Part shown: one piece after another, positions 46,158 to 60,390 of the stretch
Position numbering within the stretch: the first letter of the stretch is position 1
Layout of the letters: each line of letters begins with the position of its first letter
NCBI GenBank assembly: GCA_010909165.1
Contig: VJWM01000135.1
Location: forward strand, 434,001-498,000
Direction of reading: 5' to 3'
DNA length: 64,000 nt
Source of the DNA: Anthoceros angustus
Lineage: Eukaryota > Plantae > Anthocerotophyta
Translations under genes and position numbers: made by a program
The notes under the pieces: generated by a model
Databases searched by the model: none
What the model was told of the DNA's origin: nothing
The model's input: the letters and a program-made list of their open reading frames with translations, nothing else

Positions 46158-47657
46158 CTACGTGCTGCCGTCTTCATCTGAGGCCTTCAAATAGGAAGGC
46201 TCGGAGTCGTCTCGGGCGTGCCCCTGGCCCATGCTGCCAGCCACCCCCATGTGCTCTGAGCTCGGTCCCCCGCCGCTTCGCATCTCTACATGCTGCATGC
46301 CCATTCCAGACTGGAGGCCGTCTCTGGAGCCAGGTCCTGCCTTCACGCCGTGGCCGTAGTCAGGGAAGCCACCGGCGGAGGATGTGGTCCCGTTGCCGCC
46401 CAGTGACGGGTCCGTGGACATCATGTGGGGCATCGCGTTGGTGCCTCCTGGCACCATGCCTTGTTGTCCCCCGTGCATTGCTTGCTGCTGTTGATGAGCC
46501 GCATGTGACTGCTGCTGCTGCATATATTGGGCTGGGTTGCGTTGGCCTTGCTGAAGCAAGGCTGGATGCTGGGCCATGTGCTGCTGCTGCTGTTGCTGCT
46601 GGTGCTGGAGGTACTGCCCTTGTTGAACTGCAGCAGCCCCAGGGCCCTGCACGAAACAGGCAACGTTCCAGAAGTGAACTAAGAACATGACCCCTGGAAG
46701 GCAAAATGAACTAAAAAAGCTGCAGAAACATGTTCCTCACCTGAGCTGATGTTTGAGGCGCTTGCGGTTGTGCATCAGCTATTGCTGCCAGGTACATGAG
46801 ATTCTGCTGTAACTTGGCCTGGTACCTGTGGATGCACAACAAGTCCGTCAACTTCACAGCCTCGCCTCTTCACACAGCAGCCATACGTTCCTGCATATCC
46901 ATCCTCAAGACACAAAGGCAGCAGCAGCAGCAGCAGTAGCAAGACTCACGATGCACACTCGTTCAGCTTCCCAAGATTCTGATTGTCCAGGATGGCAAGA
47001 ATCAGCTGCTTGTTCTCGTCCAGATACTGCAACCAGCGCACATGATCCCACCGTAAGTAAACAGCAGTTTTACTTAATGTCGCCAAATCTGTGTCCTAAA
47101 CAATGATACGGACCAAGTCTGACAAGAATCGGACCTGGCTTGCCAGAGACAGACAAGGACACAGCTCGAGAGCTTAACTGAGCTTGACCGTCAAACATTA
47201 GGTTTTCAGTACAAGAAACTCGGGCGCACAGCCCGTGACTAGTACAACATAGAATCCAAAAACAATTCCGCGCGAGCCAAACCAGTTGGCCGTCACAGCA
47301 ATTCACAGCAACAACAATGCGATTGCCCCGCGAACGCCTCCAGCAATCGCCACAAATTTCACACCCCAAGACTCCTCGCTCTCCTCCAAGACGCTCTCCT
47401 GCAATTCCCTCTCCCAAAAGCCAGCCTCCACAGGATTTCACTCCACGCTGCTCTCCACGACCCACAAGGACGCAGCTGCACACGCAACCTCCAACTCCAG
47501 GCCCACCAGAATATTTCCACGTTCCTAAAGCCCCAGACCACCTAACACCCCACCCGCACACAGACAGACGACGCAACAAATTCCCGCCAGCCCCGCGATG
47601 GCTCAGAGCAACCTTCTGAATGCTCTCCGTGGTGATGGGACCCCCCGAGTACGCCAT
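46158..47657 (-). CDS. GIF: GRF-interacting factor (SSXT/SNH domain transcriptional co-activator), ~231 aa, 4 exons
   Basis: Exons 47657-47613, 47026-46950, 46825-46741, 46646-46158. They give ITTESIQK-YLDENKQLILAILDNQNLGKLNECAS-YQAKLQQNLMYLAAIADAQPQ, a Q/G-rich tail and C-terminal YLKASDEDG. Confidence 0.94.
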
Positions 47658-48400
47658 GGCGCTCCAATGCTATTAGCTGCCCCCCCGGCGAGCCGCCGCT
47701 GCTCTAAAAGCTCATCTCCCCCGGCGGCGCCTGCTCAGAAGCTTCCGGACAACCCGCCACCGCCGCCGCTCCTGCCCGTCCTCCTCCTCTTCCTGCTCCT
47801 CCTCCTCCTCCTCCCTCTCCTCCTTTTCCTCCTCCCCCTCCTCCCCTACGCTCTGCCGTAAGAAGCCTCCAGACCCGAGCGCGCGAGAAGGGAGCGCGAA
47901 AGCTGGCAGCAGAAAATTGAAAGAGGGACGCGGAAGAGGACGGCGATGGAGGCATGAAATGGAGCACCAGCGGGAGCGGGACAGACAGAGACAGGAGCGG
48001 GAGAGGAGAATGCCTGCAAGAGAGCAGCGAGCGACCGGGCTAGACGCGCCCGGAAACGACCAAGCCTGCGCCCGCGCCTGCCAGGGACGTCTAGCCCGGC
48101 CGCCAGACCCGCGCAGAAGAGAGATGGTTTACTCGCTTCAATCACGGTCCCACCAGGCGCAACGGGCCCTACTCTTGTAAACGGAACGGGGATTAACCGC
48201 CGTTAAACGGCGTGCGTGCGTGCGCGCATCGAGGCTTCCTCCGCCGGACCCCGGTCTCGGTCAGGGTCAGTCGATTCCGCGACGCGACCGGATGTTCGCG
48301 AAGAACGGAATTTCCGTCTGGAGTGCGGACTCCGCAGTTCTTTACGGTCCGGATGTGAGCGCAAGAAGGAGAAGGCGGTGGAATTGCGTATCGGGCCGGC

Positions 48401-49256
48401 ATGGCCTCGATGTGCAGCTTAGAACGGCGGGGGCGAGTGTGGATTCTCACGCTGCTGGGAGAGGGGGAGCACAGGCTGAATCCGGGCTCGGTGCAGGGAA
48501 TTCTTGATGCTTTGGAGCGGGTGAAGGCTGCCGGGGAGGAGGCTGCGGCAGCGCTGGTGACTGTGAACGAGGGAAGGTACTTCAGCAATGGTTTGGATCT
48601 GGAATGGGGGAAGGAGGATCCGGGGCCCCGGAAGACGGCGCTTGCGCGGTGCCTCAACCGGCTACTGGCGGCGTTCATGAATCTGAACATGCCGACGGTG
48701 GCGGCTATGTGTGGCCATGCGTGCGCGGGAGGAGCGCTGCTGGCTATGGCACACGATTATCGCTACATGCGGAGGGATCGGGGATTCTTTTACATGAGTG
48801 AAGTGGATGTGGACATTCCTATTTCGCGCGGCCCTATGCTGCTCATGAGGCGGAAGCTGCGCCCGAGTGTACTCAGAGATGCAGTCCTCTGCGGGGTGAG
48901 AATGTTTTTCCTCTGCGATGTTTTAGCGTTTGCGATTGTTTTCTCTGCTGTGACCAACCGAGCGCATTATTGCACCTCACATCACAGATCTGGGGCCCCA
49001 CTGCACACTGGTGTTGAGTTTTCTATTGCTTTCTATCCAGAAAAAGTACACAGCGGACATGGCTCTGCAAGCTGGGATAGTGGACGGTGCGTTCAACAAC
49101 TCGCGCGAAACCATCGCTGGGGCCTTGAGAGAGGCCGAGGCCCTGGCAAGCAGAGGATGGAATAGCGCTGTATATTTATCACTGAGGTTGGAGATGCACA
49201 GTGAAGTTGTGGAGAACTTGAATGATAGTTCCACAGCGATAGAGGCCAAGTTATGA
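48401..49256 (+). CDS. ECI: Peroxisomal delta3,delta2-enoyl-CoA isomerase (crotonase family), 2 exons
   Basis: Exons 48401-48895 and 49041-49256. Motifs EGRYFSNGLDL, PTVAAMCGHACAGG, HDYRYMRRDRGFFYMSEVDV; C-terminal PTS1 AKL. Confidence 0.9.
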
Positions 49257-49711
49257 CAACGTACTCGCGTTATCACACTACTCTCTACGGTAGCATCTTT
49301 CGTGTGTTGGAATTAGGCTTGTCAGACATTTTGATTTCCGCTTCTGAACAAAACTTGGAACAGCAGACTTGTCATCCAAAGAACAGAACAACCACCTAGT
49401 ACGTTGGCACGGGGATGCAAGAATGAAGCGGACTGCAACGGGCATAGCAGAGGTGAACTGCAACCTCCAAGGCGCAGTGCCATCGATCTGCGAGGCACAT
49501 GCCAGCCCAGGCCGGTGTCTCCACACACGGCTTCTGCACAAAGGCAGAAAGGGCAAGGCAGTGGTGCAGTGCACTGATATCACAGCACGCGCAGATCGAT
49601 AGGCAAGCACATGCTAGCGGCCCCAGACCTGAATGGAACAGGTCCTGCAATGAACTACTTCCCTGAAATGCAGACGGCAAGTACGTCAGATTTCCAAGGG
49701 AAGAGTGTCCG

Positions 49712-51256
<1,545 letters not shown>

Positions 51257-51397
51257 CATATCTGGCACATATGATCACATATGTCCATATCTGGCACATA
51301 TGATTTCATATGTCCATATCTGGCACATAATCGGGCTGCTAGCGGACCGCGGTGCGGTGTGCGGTAAGGCCTGTCCCAAGGGTTGAGGTCTTGCTTG

Positions 51398-53189
51398 GTA
51401 GTGGAAGAAGAAAGAAGAATTTTATTTAAGTCCACTAAGGACGGATTTCTATCATGGGACTTGGTACTTAACAACCCTAAGCTACTTGCACCAATGCCTA
51501 AGCTACTTGCACCAATGCCTAAGCTACTTGTACCAAGGGCATCCACTCTCTTTAGGGATCCCATCTAAGTACCGATCTAAGCTCAGATCTAAGCTCAGGA
51601 TGCTTAATCACGACGTTCTTATAAATGTGTGTCCATTTGGCCTAAGCCATTTGGACACACAAATGGTGGAGGCTCTCTCGTGCTTAGCATAGGTGTTGGG
51701 GATTATATCACGGTGGGCATGGGATTTAGGAGATAGCGGTGATACATGGTTTAGGGCTTTATGTACGGCGGTTGTGGTGGGTGGTGTGGAGGAGGTTGTG
51801 GTTATTTTATTTTTGTTGATTTTTTAAGGTTATGGTTTTTATTATTTTTAAATAGAAAATAGTTAAATATGTAGACAATAGGGTATCAATATTGGAGACT
51901 AGAGTACGTAGTATTGAGGATAAATATAGACAACAGGGTATCTAGATTACGTAGTATTGAGGATAAATATGAAGACAACATGTCTCTGTATTGCGGACTA
52001 GAGTACATAATATTGAGGCAGAGATTGTTTCCTTAAGGGAAAAATATGAGTCTCTCTTGGCTAAGCACCAATCTTTGACATGGGACTCTAGGGACGATGG
52101 GGATAAGGAGGGCTAGAAGGACGAGGAGGATGAGGTCAATTTCGTAATGGATGATCTTATAGATAAGAGATTTTGATAGTTAGGCTCATGGGCTAAAGAT
52201 TTTAAGGTGTCTCCTGGTCAAGTTTGATTCATTGCTTTTGCAAGTCAATGCCTTGCAAATTCGTGTTTCTATTGTGGGTTGCTTGTGGAAATGAGAGCTA
52301 AACACCACCAATTCATCCCCATGAAAGAAAGCCACTTGACCTGCAACATGAGCAGCTCTAAAAGCGGGTAACTTCTCCTACTTAGTCTTCCATTGCAATG
52401 GTGTAAGATCCTCATTGATATATAAGTGAGTTGTCCATAACATAGACCTAGCTTTCATAACCTGGAGGCGATCATCCATAGAGAGAAAAAATCATGACCA
52501 ATTTGCGCTATCTTCTAGGATCCTTTCCAAATTAAAAGGTTCGAGGAACAACCACATCAACCTCTAGCCTACTGAGAAACTCCTTTGCAGCCACAAGTGG
52601 TGCAATAATGTCATTATCAAGATTAGAAATTCTCAAGTTCAAAGCACGGCAAGCACGGTGCGCCTTGTCAGAAACAACTTCCAATATTGAGGTGCCACCG
52701 GGCCAAGAAGGAGCAGGGGGATCATCAACCCCCAGGAGGTTTTTACCAGTAAGCTTCTCCAAATATGCAGATAAACTTATTCTATTGAAGTAAAATGATT
52801 TTCCAAATTTATGCCTTTCTCCTCTATGGTCCGTAAAAAAACTTCATTTTGTAACCCTTGCTCCACCAACCTTTCCGAGAGTCTTCCAACCTGATCATCT
52901 ATACCCTGCAACTTTTTGGCTATATAACTCTATGCATTTCTTCCCTTTGTGCATGAATAAGCTCGAGAATAACCTTCTTGTAGCCTTCCAAACCTGGTAC
53001 CATATCTATACGAATTTTCATTGACATTGTTGATTGACTGAAGATTATTTGTCTTGTTTCAATTTTACCTTTGTATTTGTTCAAACCATTTTACCGCAAT
53101 CTATACAATTGTCATATTTTAGTCCCATGACGAAAATCCGTCCTTGGTGGACTTAAATAAAATTATTTTTCTTCTTTTTCTAACTCTAC
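51398..53189. mobile_element. Putative non-autonomous TIR element (~1.8 kb)
   Basis: 44-bp inverted repeat core at 51418-51461 versus 53121-53164 (4 mismatches), with looser extension outward. Short internal tandem repeats. No TSD found. Confidence 0.4.
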
Positions 53190-54522
53190 TGCAAACATTC
53201 AATTATTCTTTTAGCGGAATTGGAAACATTCAATCTTGCTATTTCAAAGGCCAAGGATTTTTTGAGGTTTATAAGGTTGCTTAAGGCCGACACATTCGTT
53301 AGAACGGGTAGGTCCTCCTTATTCTATTTGGTGACTTTTTTTTTGCAACGTAATTCCATTGTCTTTGGCATTGGCAAACACGCTTTTCAGTACAACTTCG
53401 AATGCAAAGCAATATCGAGGACGACTTCAAATATGGGAGAAGTAGCATCTCCAGCTCTGATGAGAAGTAGACCCTTTCTTATTCTAAACTACGACATCCT
53501 GGAAGCAGTAGGTAGTTTGAGAATAAATAATCGTGGGGCTAATCCCTTAGCATGGTCTTGTAGCCATCAGTCAAGCTAGGATACCTAACAACAAACTAAG
53601 ATGAACAACAAGCTTTGAACCGGCTGGCAGCACCATCAAATCAACGACCATGTTCTTTGCACCTAGGAAGTTGAAATCAATCATCCACTTAAGAGAATCA
53701 AGTGGAGGAGGGAAAGAGGAAGCGAATAGGAAGCCAAAATCAACCGTCCACTAAAGAGAATCAAGCAAAGGAGGGAAGAAGGAAGCAGCTGGTAGTGGTT
53801 AGATACCCGGACCAATGAAAACTAAGGCATTTGTAATGCGTAACGAACAAAAAAAGATAACAGGTTGTGTACAAATGTGGTTTTGTCACCTCCGGCATCT
53901 GGTATGACCGCCACACCTGTTGCGGTTAAGCCAATGACAAGGTTAACAAGGGCTAAAGCACCTACATTAATATCTCGTTGTTTAGCTTATTTTTTTATTG
54001 AACCTCAGGTCATTTTTGTTCATGAATGATAATGATAATCAAATATTGGCCTACTTCAATAACTTGTCATTATTCAATCCAACACATCCAACATTCTCCA
54101 TTGGAAAGTCATCATTGTAATAATTTTCTATGTTTTGGAGATACCAAAAATTGCAGTAGGCTTGGAAGTAGCCCGCCATCTCCCAAGGCGACTTGCAAAC
54201 CGGCTCCCTACTCTCTTTCCTTGGATAATAATAATAATAACTAGATCAAAGAGTACTAACTAAGATCAAAGAGTAGATCAAAGAGCTCAAGGCTGCCTTT
54301 TAATCTCTATGTAGCTCAAATGCGTAGAGCTGCATGAATGTGTCAGCTTTACAGTATGGATCTAGAACCAAAAGAGCGTTTTAATTTTCTTGGCCCCAAT
54401 TTATAAGGATGACAAGGGAGATTTGGGTGTTTGTTTGAGTGCATAGGTTTTTTTAATATGCGGTTTTGTTTCGTCACAAAAACCTCTAACTACAAGAGAT
54501 TTTACAACCGTGAGATTTTTTA

Positions 54523-54782
54523 GAGAATTTGTAGACTTTATACAGATATTTTGAAATATACATCGAGGGCTCGCACTGGGAGTTTTTTTAATATGAAGTA
54601 ACCTCGTCGGAGAATTTGGAGACTTTATACAGTTATTTCGAAATATAAATCGAGGGCTTGCACTGGGAGTTTTTTTAATCTAAAGTAACCTCGTCGGAGA
54701 ATTTGGAGACTTTATACAGATATTTTGAAATATACATCGAGGGCTCACACTGGGAGTTTTTTTAATCTGAAGTAACCTCGTA
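54523..54782 (+). repeat. 87-bp tandem repeat, 3 copies
   Basis: gagaattt(g)..gactttatacag...gggct..cactgggagttttttt...gtaacctcgt starts at 54523, 54610 and 54697. Confidence 0.95.
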
Positions 54783-55605
54783 GGCTACTAGCAACTGGGG
54801 GCCCCACATATTATGGAGATGAGGGCCCGCTCTATAAATAGTAGTCCCACAAGGCCATGGAATTGGAGAATGAATAACACCCCATCCGAGCACTGAGGTT
54901 TGATTGTGGAGTCCCATGAACCCATGTCTGGATGTCACTCCTCAAAGAGAGGACAACAACTGTGAGATTCACACATGGCAAATTGGCAAATTGAAGAACA
55001 TGAATCTGCTAGAAATAAGATATTCAGTTAACCGCGTCTCCTCACAGGTTCCCAACTCGAGTTTAAGTCGGTGTTGTGTTTTGGGAAGGGTCCTGGCGTT
55101 CCGATTGCCGAGAATCCAATTTTGTTGCTGTTTCATCCGTGGTTACATGATGTGTTTCAATTGCCTGATTGTTGTCTGTTTGCTGATGCTTCGAACACGC
55201 TGGTGCTGTTTGGAAAACTCAATAACAAGACTCTGAAACGTGGTTCTCCATGGAGGGTGTTTGGAGTTTCGATTGCCACAAATATTTCAGATGTCGGTGA
55301 AATCGGGCATGTCACACCTCGTTGAATGCAGAATCGTTGGGAAAATCATGTCTGAGTTTTTGGGAATTTTAAATCCGTGAAAAAGGACCCAAAACATTTT
55401 CCAGCGATTTTCCGGCAAGGAAATAGCTGAGAATGGCTATCGTTTCGGGGTTGGCACGCTGCAGCATGACAAGTATGTACATCCTAGCCACATTGTTATC
55501 GTTGTCATCATCAGATGGCGATGCAGCCATGAACCCCAAAGCAAAGTATGTACCAACACCAACACCAACACCGACATCGACATCGAGCCGTGTGTTATGT
55601 GGATG

Positions 55606-56268
55606 CTAGAAACCCCCGTAGTAAACGTAGGCAGTGAGGTTCACAACTGCCCCGTAGTTGAACCCCGAGACCGACTGAAGCTGGTAGTCGACCCAGCCGC
55701 GAGCCAGTCTGAATTCGCCCGTCCCCCCGACCACGGCGCTCTCTCGCACCGGCGCGGCCTCTCCCAATGTGCTGGTGATGGGGTTGTAGCCGCGCAGGCT
55801 GAGGCTGCTGCGGGGCGCGAAGCCAGCGGCTTCGTTCCACACGACGGTGATCACCAGCTCCGTGGACGGACTGGCGTCGTTGTTGGTGTCCCAGATGTAT
55901 ATGCCCTTGGCTCGGCCGATCTCCAGGGAGGCCGGGTCGGCCCCCACGGTGACGGAGTCGTCGATTACCACCACGCCGCCGAAGAAGCTGTTGCCGACGA
56001 ACTCCACCGGGATCTTGCCGTCCAGCGGCGGCACGATGAAGAAGGCGCTGGCGTTTGGGACCAGCAGGTTGTCGTGGAGGAAGAAGTTCAGGGTTACGAA
56101 TTTCTCCTCCAGCCGGACGGGCCTGCTGTGCTGCTTCCAGGAGTGCTGATGCTTCCGCGAGTGTGAGTGCGAATGCGAATGCGGATTCGCTTCCAGGGCA
56201 GACAACAGGGAAAGCAGCGCCAGCAGGACGGCGACGTCTGATGTGCGGGATGTCCTCATCCCCGCCAT
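55606..56268 (-). CDS. DIR: Dirigent-family protein with signal peptide and His-rich N-terminus, intronless, 220 aa
   Basis: LNFFLHD, FGGVVVIDDSVTVG, IGRAKGIYI, RESAVVGGTGEFRLARGW motifs; hydrophobic leader VAVLLALLSLLSALEA. Confidence 0.92.
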   Translation of the reverse strand: MAGMRTSRTSDVAVLLALLSLLSALEANPHSHSHSHSRKHQHSWKQHSRPVRLEEKFVTLNFFLHDNLLVPNASAFFIVPPLDGKIPVEFVGNSFFGGVVVIDDSVTVGADPASLEIGRAKGIYIWDTNNDASPSTELVITVVWNEAAGFAPRSSLSLRGYNPITSTLGEAAPVRESAVVGGTGEFRLARGWVDYQLQSVSGFNYGAVVNLTAYVYYGGF

Positions 56269-57440
56269 GGCTGCGATGAGTAGCTACTAGCAACTGACAG
56301 TCTCTTGCACAAACTTCCTCTTATTATACCTGGCTCGACTCCGGGTGCACGCATCGAGCAGCAGTGCCAGGCCTTATCGACTGGCCAGGGTTGGAGTCCA
56401 CGCGCGGGAAATGTTTTTTTATGCTAAAGTATCTCGCCCGGCACCTTCCATGCTACCTTCCTCCGTCCTCCCAAGGAGTGGCCAGCCAGTCCATCGTGTC
56501 TACAGGACTGCTTTTGAATTGCAGGTACGCTGAATCTCTTCTCCATTGCAAGTTCTCTGAATCTCTGTCCAGCCTGAGACGCTGTTATCCTGCATATGGC
56601 TAACATACAGAAGATCAATTGCTCCAGCATCGGGGCTTCACAAGCTGATCATGTTATTGGTGCACCAGGCTTCACAAGCTGAACAGAGGCAGTGTTAGTG
56701 GAAACCGCTCTACTTAATCCATAGAGAGGGCTGTTTATTTTGAGAGTGTCTGGCAATAACTGCTATCAACTCACGCTACTTTCTACTTTTCCTCTGCCAA
56801 TCGGCACGCTTTGCCAGGAGATTGGAATCCATGATGACTGGATTTCCCCACTTACTACGCCGGCACATGCTTGTAAAGTGCGAGGACCATGGATTTCGAT
56901 GCCCGTTAAGTTTGTTAAAAAACTGTTTTGCGAGGTTCAGCTAGCAATCTTTGTGAGGACATGATTTCGAGATTTGGAGTGTATGCTGATCATTTATCTG
57001 TTCGTGAAGCTCTTGCCAGGAACGAGCGTTCGTGAGGCTCCAGATGTCGGCCAGGAATGAGCGTACCCCTGGGACCACAGCCACAGTTTCCTCTCTGCGA
57101 CGCACTCTGATCACTTCAAAGTGTTTGATGATTCAACACTCGACGGATATACACATATCACCGCCACCAGGCCTCACAAAATCCTGATGAGCTTTGGTTT
57201 CTCTTCGAGATCGCATCTTCTTTAGAACTGGGTCGGCGCACTGATTTCCCCGAACTGTAACCTTTCCGTTCCTATGCTTTTGAGGGCACTTTTTATGCGG
57301 AAAATCCGCGAGGTGCCCTCAGCTCTCCCTCAGGCCCCTGCTGAGGGAATGCATAATCGCTTGGATGTGGCTTGGGGTCGAAGGAACGCATGAACACATA
57401 CTATCATAAACGATAGAGAAGCACACATGGTACTCAATGA

Positions 57441-57514
57441 TGCCTCTCGTACGTATCGAACCCGCGACCTTCGCGTCAGTAGCACAACGCTGGAACCAAC
57501 TGAGCTAATAAGCC
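57441..57514 (-). pseudogene. tRNA-Ile(AAT)-derived pseudogene, anticodon position reads ACT
   Basis: 74 nt GGCTTATTAGCTCAGTTGGTTCCAGCGTTGTGCTACTGACGCGAAGGTCGCGGGTTCGATACGTACGAGAGGCA, colinear with eukaryotic tRNA-Ile(AAT). Acceptor and T stems are mispaired; no oligo-T terminator nearby. Confidence 0.78.
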
Positions 57515-57921
57515 AGCTTCCCTTGGTCAGTGTTCCTTCTACCTGTTTTCTCCAGATCAATTAAGTTGTGAGAAATTTATCATAAAAGATAAAATATCCG
57601 CACAAGACTATCTCGATCTTTCGCTTTGTTCTTTATTCCCCCCGACAAGCGCCTACATATATCCGGTGTCCCAGCTGACCAAGCTGTGATCTCACTCAAC
57701 TCCATTGCACACGGTTTCTGGGAGTCGAAACTCCCGGCTACTTGTTGCACCGGGTACGTGTTCACGCCGTCCAGAGGGGGCGCCGGGGTGGTTGCCGGTT
57801 GCCGGTTGCTCCTCTCCGCTGGCTGCCACGCAGGCCTAGGTGGAACGACGCCGAGCGCATGAGCCACCGGCGAAGTTCGTGCACAGTGTCCCTTGTGGAG
57901 ACAGAAATCTCCGCGACCACA

Positions 57922-60390
57922 ATGTCTGCTTCCAGAGCGTTGCGTCGTTGCCTGCCCAGACTGGCAAGCTGCAAACGTCTTCTAGCCACTTCAGCTGCCG
58001 ATGCCACTCGGTCTCCGGCAGCGTCGGCTCCCAGCAGGACTCTCCTTTGGGATGAGCACAGACTGACTCCCGAGCAGCTCGAATTTCGCAACCTTGCACT
58101 TGTAAGGCCCGTGACGACAGGGGTCTGCCTTTCTGGATGCCCAACTTCAGGAAGGAAGCCCCTTTACCTTGCTTCTGGGTGGGTGCAGGAATTCTCCAAG
58201 GAGCAGCTGCTTCCGTTTGCTGCAGCGTGGGATGAGCACAAGCACTTCCCGGTGGATGTGCTGCGGAATGCCGCTAGTTTGGGATTCGGAGGTTTGTGCT
58301 GCGGGCAGGATTTGGGAGGCACCGGGTGAATTCCTGATTCGCCTTATCATGCGTGGATGTTTTAGTTCAGAAATGGATGTGTTTGGAGCAGACTGTGACC
58401 ACTCGAGTGTGGGGAATTGCAGGTTGAGTAGCTCGGATGCGGCGATTATTATCGAGGCATTGGCGTACGGTGATGTGAGCACAACAGCGTATTTGTCTAT
58501 TCATAATATGTGCTGCGGCATCATTGACAAGTGGGTCTGCTCTTTAGCCTGCTTCGAGGCACGGTAATGCTTTTGTCCGTGCTGAGAGGGGTGAATTTAT
58601 GGAAGAGGGGTTGTCCTGCAGGTTTGGCACGAGTGAGCAAAGAGAGCAATGGCTGCCCCAGTTACTTCCTATGGTATGCTTCAGTCAGTTCTACGGTTTG
58701 CAGTCGACCAGCATGGCGCATAGTCTGTGTTGGTTCTTCTCACAATGGAGGGCGTGTCCCGTGGCTGGACCTCTGACCTTTATCTCTTTTGTGGTGCAGC
58801 AACAGCTCGCATCATATTGTTTGACCGAGCCCTCCAGTGGAAGTGATGCTGCATCGCTGAGGGTATGAGAGGCTGAACTTCTAAGTTAGTCTTTTGTGTA
58901 CGTGGTGTGCAAGGTGGGGGCTTGGCAGTAGTGTGTCATGCAAGTGCTGTGCTTTCTTCTGAGTACTTGCTGTTGGCTGGCTCCCTGTGCTGAATTCAGA
59001 CCAGTGCAAGCAGGGCACCCGGAAGCACTGATTATTTACTGACAGGGTCCAAAGTAAGAACCATGCTTTCGTACTTGGACATTCACTGTCTGGTCATGTG
59101 CTCCTTCATGTTTCTCACGAAACCGTTGTCTCGCTGTGTCTGCAGGCTTTTATAAGTGGAGCGGGAGTGAGTGATGTCTATATTGTGATGGCTCGGACTG
59201 GTCCTGCAGGTCCAAAGGGAATTTCCTGCTTTGTAGTTGAAAAGGTGATAATCACAAAAGAAGATGACTGAGATCTACATAGTTCTCTCGCCCTGAGAGC
59301 ATTTTGTATCCGTCGGTTGATGAGGCAGACTGTATGTTGGTGCTGTGCAGAATATGCCGGGAGTGTCATTCGGGAAGCAGGAGGATAAGATGGGTTGGCG
59401 GTCTCAACCAACAGCAGCAGTAAGATCTCAGCGGACATCGAATATTCTGTTTGCATTTCCTTGTTGGCCAGTGTGGCAGATAATTGATGGTACATGGCAG
59501 GTGAATCTGGATGATGTGAGGGTACCTGAACGGAATCGAATAGCATCTGAGGGTCAGGGTTTCAATATTGCCATGTCAGCTCTTGATGGTGGAAGGATCA
59601 ATATTGCTTCGTGCAGGTAATGGAAGGGATAGTCCTGATGCAGCACTTACGCAATGCAACTTCCAAGTCTCTGACGCTCTCTGTGTGACGTTACTTCGCT
59701 TCCTTATGGTGTGCAGTGTTGGGGGTGCACAGTTTTGTTTAGATACAACTCAAGACTATGTCTCCTCACGTAAACAAGTAAACGATGGCATTTGCAGTCA
59801 GAAGTAGGCTAGGACGGAGTCCTGTTTTTAATTCAATAATGTCACATGCTTCCCAGCTAGGATGACGTCTGTGCACCTGGTTTTCCAGTTTGGGAAGGCT
59901 ATTATCGACTTTCAAAGTACTCAGTTCAAGCTAGCAGACATGATGACATCGATTGAAGCATCTCGAGCTTTGGTGGCAAGTGCAGCAGTAGCCCTCGACT
60001 CTAAGAGTGCTTGGGGCACAGCCGCTGCTGCTATGGCCAAGAAGTACGCAATCAACTTTAGCTCACGATTGCTGCATGTTCAGTCTAAGCGATATCTAGG
60101 GGCTAATCTTGTCACCCGTGCAGGTTTGCAACAGAGTCGTGTTACAATGTCTGCAATGATGCACTCCAGCTTCATGGTGGATATGGTTACATCAAAGACT
60201 ACCCGGTAGTTCATATTTTTTTGTTCCGGTTCGTCTGCGTTGCTCGAGTGTTCTTCCCTCAGAGTCTCATTTGGGGACTCTTTTTGTGCAGGTGGAGAGA
60301 TACGTTCGTGATCTCAGAGTTCACACAATTCTTGAAGGGAGCTCAGAGGTTATGAGAATGATCGTATCAAAGCAGATGATGAAAAGCTAG
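57922..60390 (+). CDS. ACAD8: Isobutyryl-CoA dehydrogenase (ACAD8/IBD-like), mitochondrial-type presequence, 13 exons
   Basis: Spliced motifs [119 protein letters not shown] match my recollection of the ACAD8 sequence; 12 GT-AG introns traced. Confidence 0.92.

Noticed and set aside
54523-54782. CRISPR-like array
   Set aside because: Contiguous 87-bp units with no unique spacers, in a eukaryotic context with no cas genes.
57441-57514. Functional tRNA-Ser(ACT)
   Set aside because: The body is tRNA-Ile-like, lacks the long Ser variable arm, and the acceptor and T stems do not pair.
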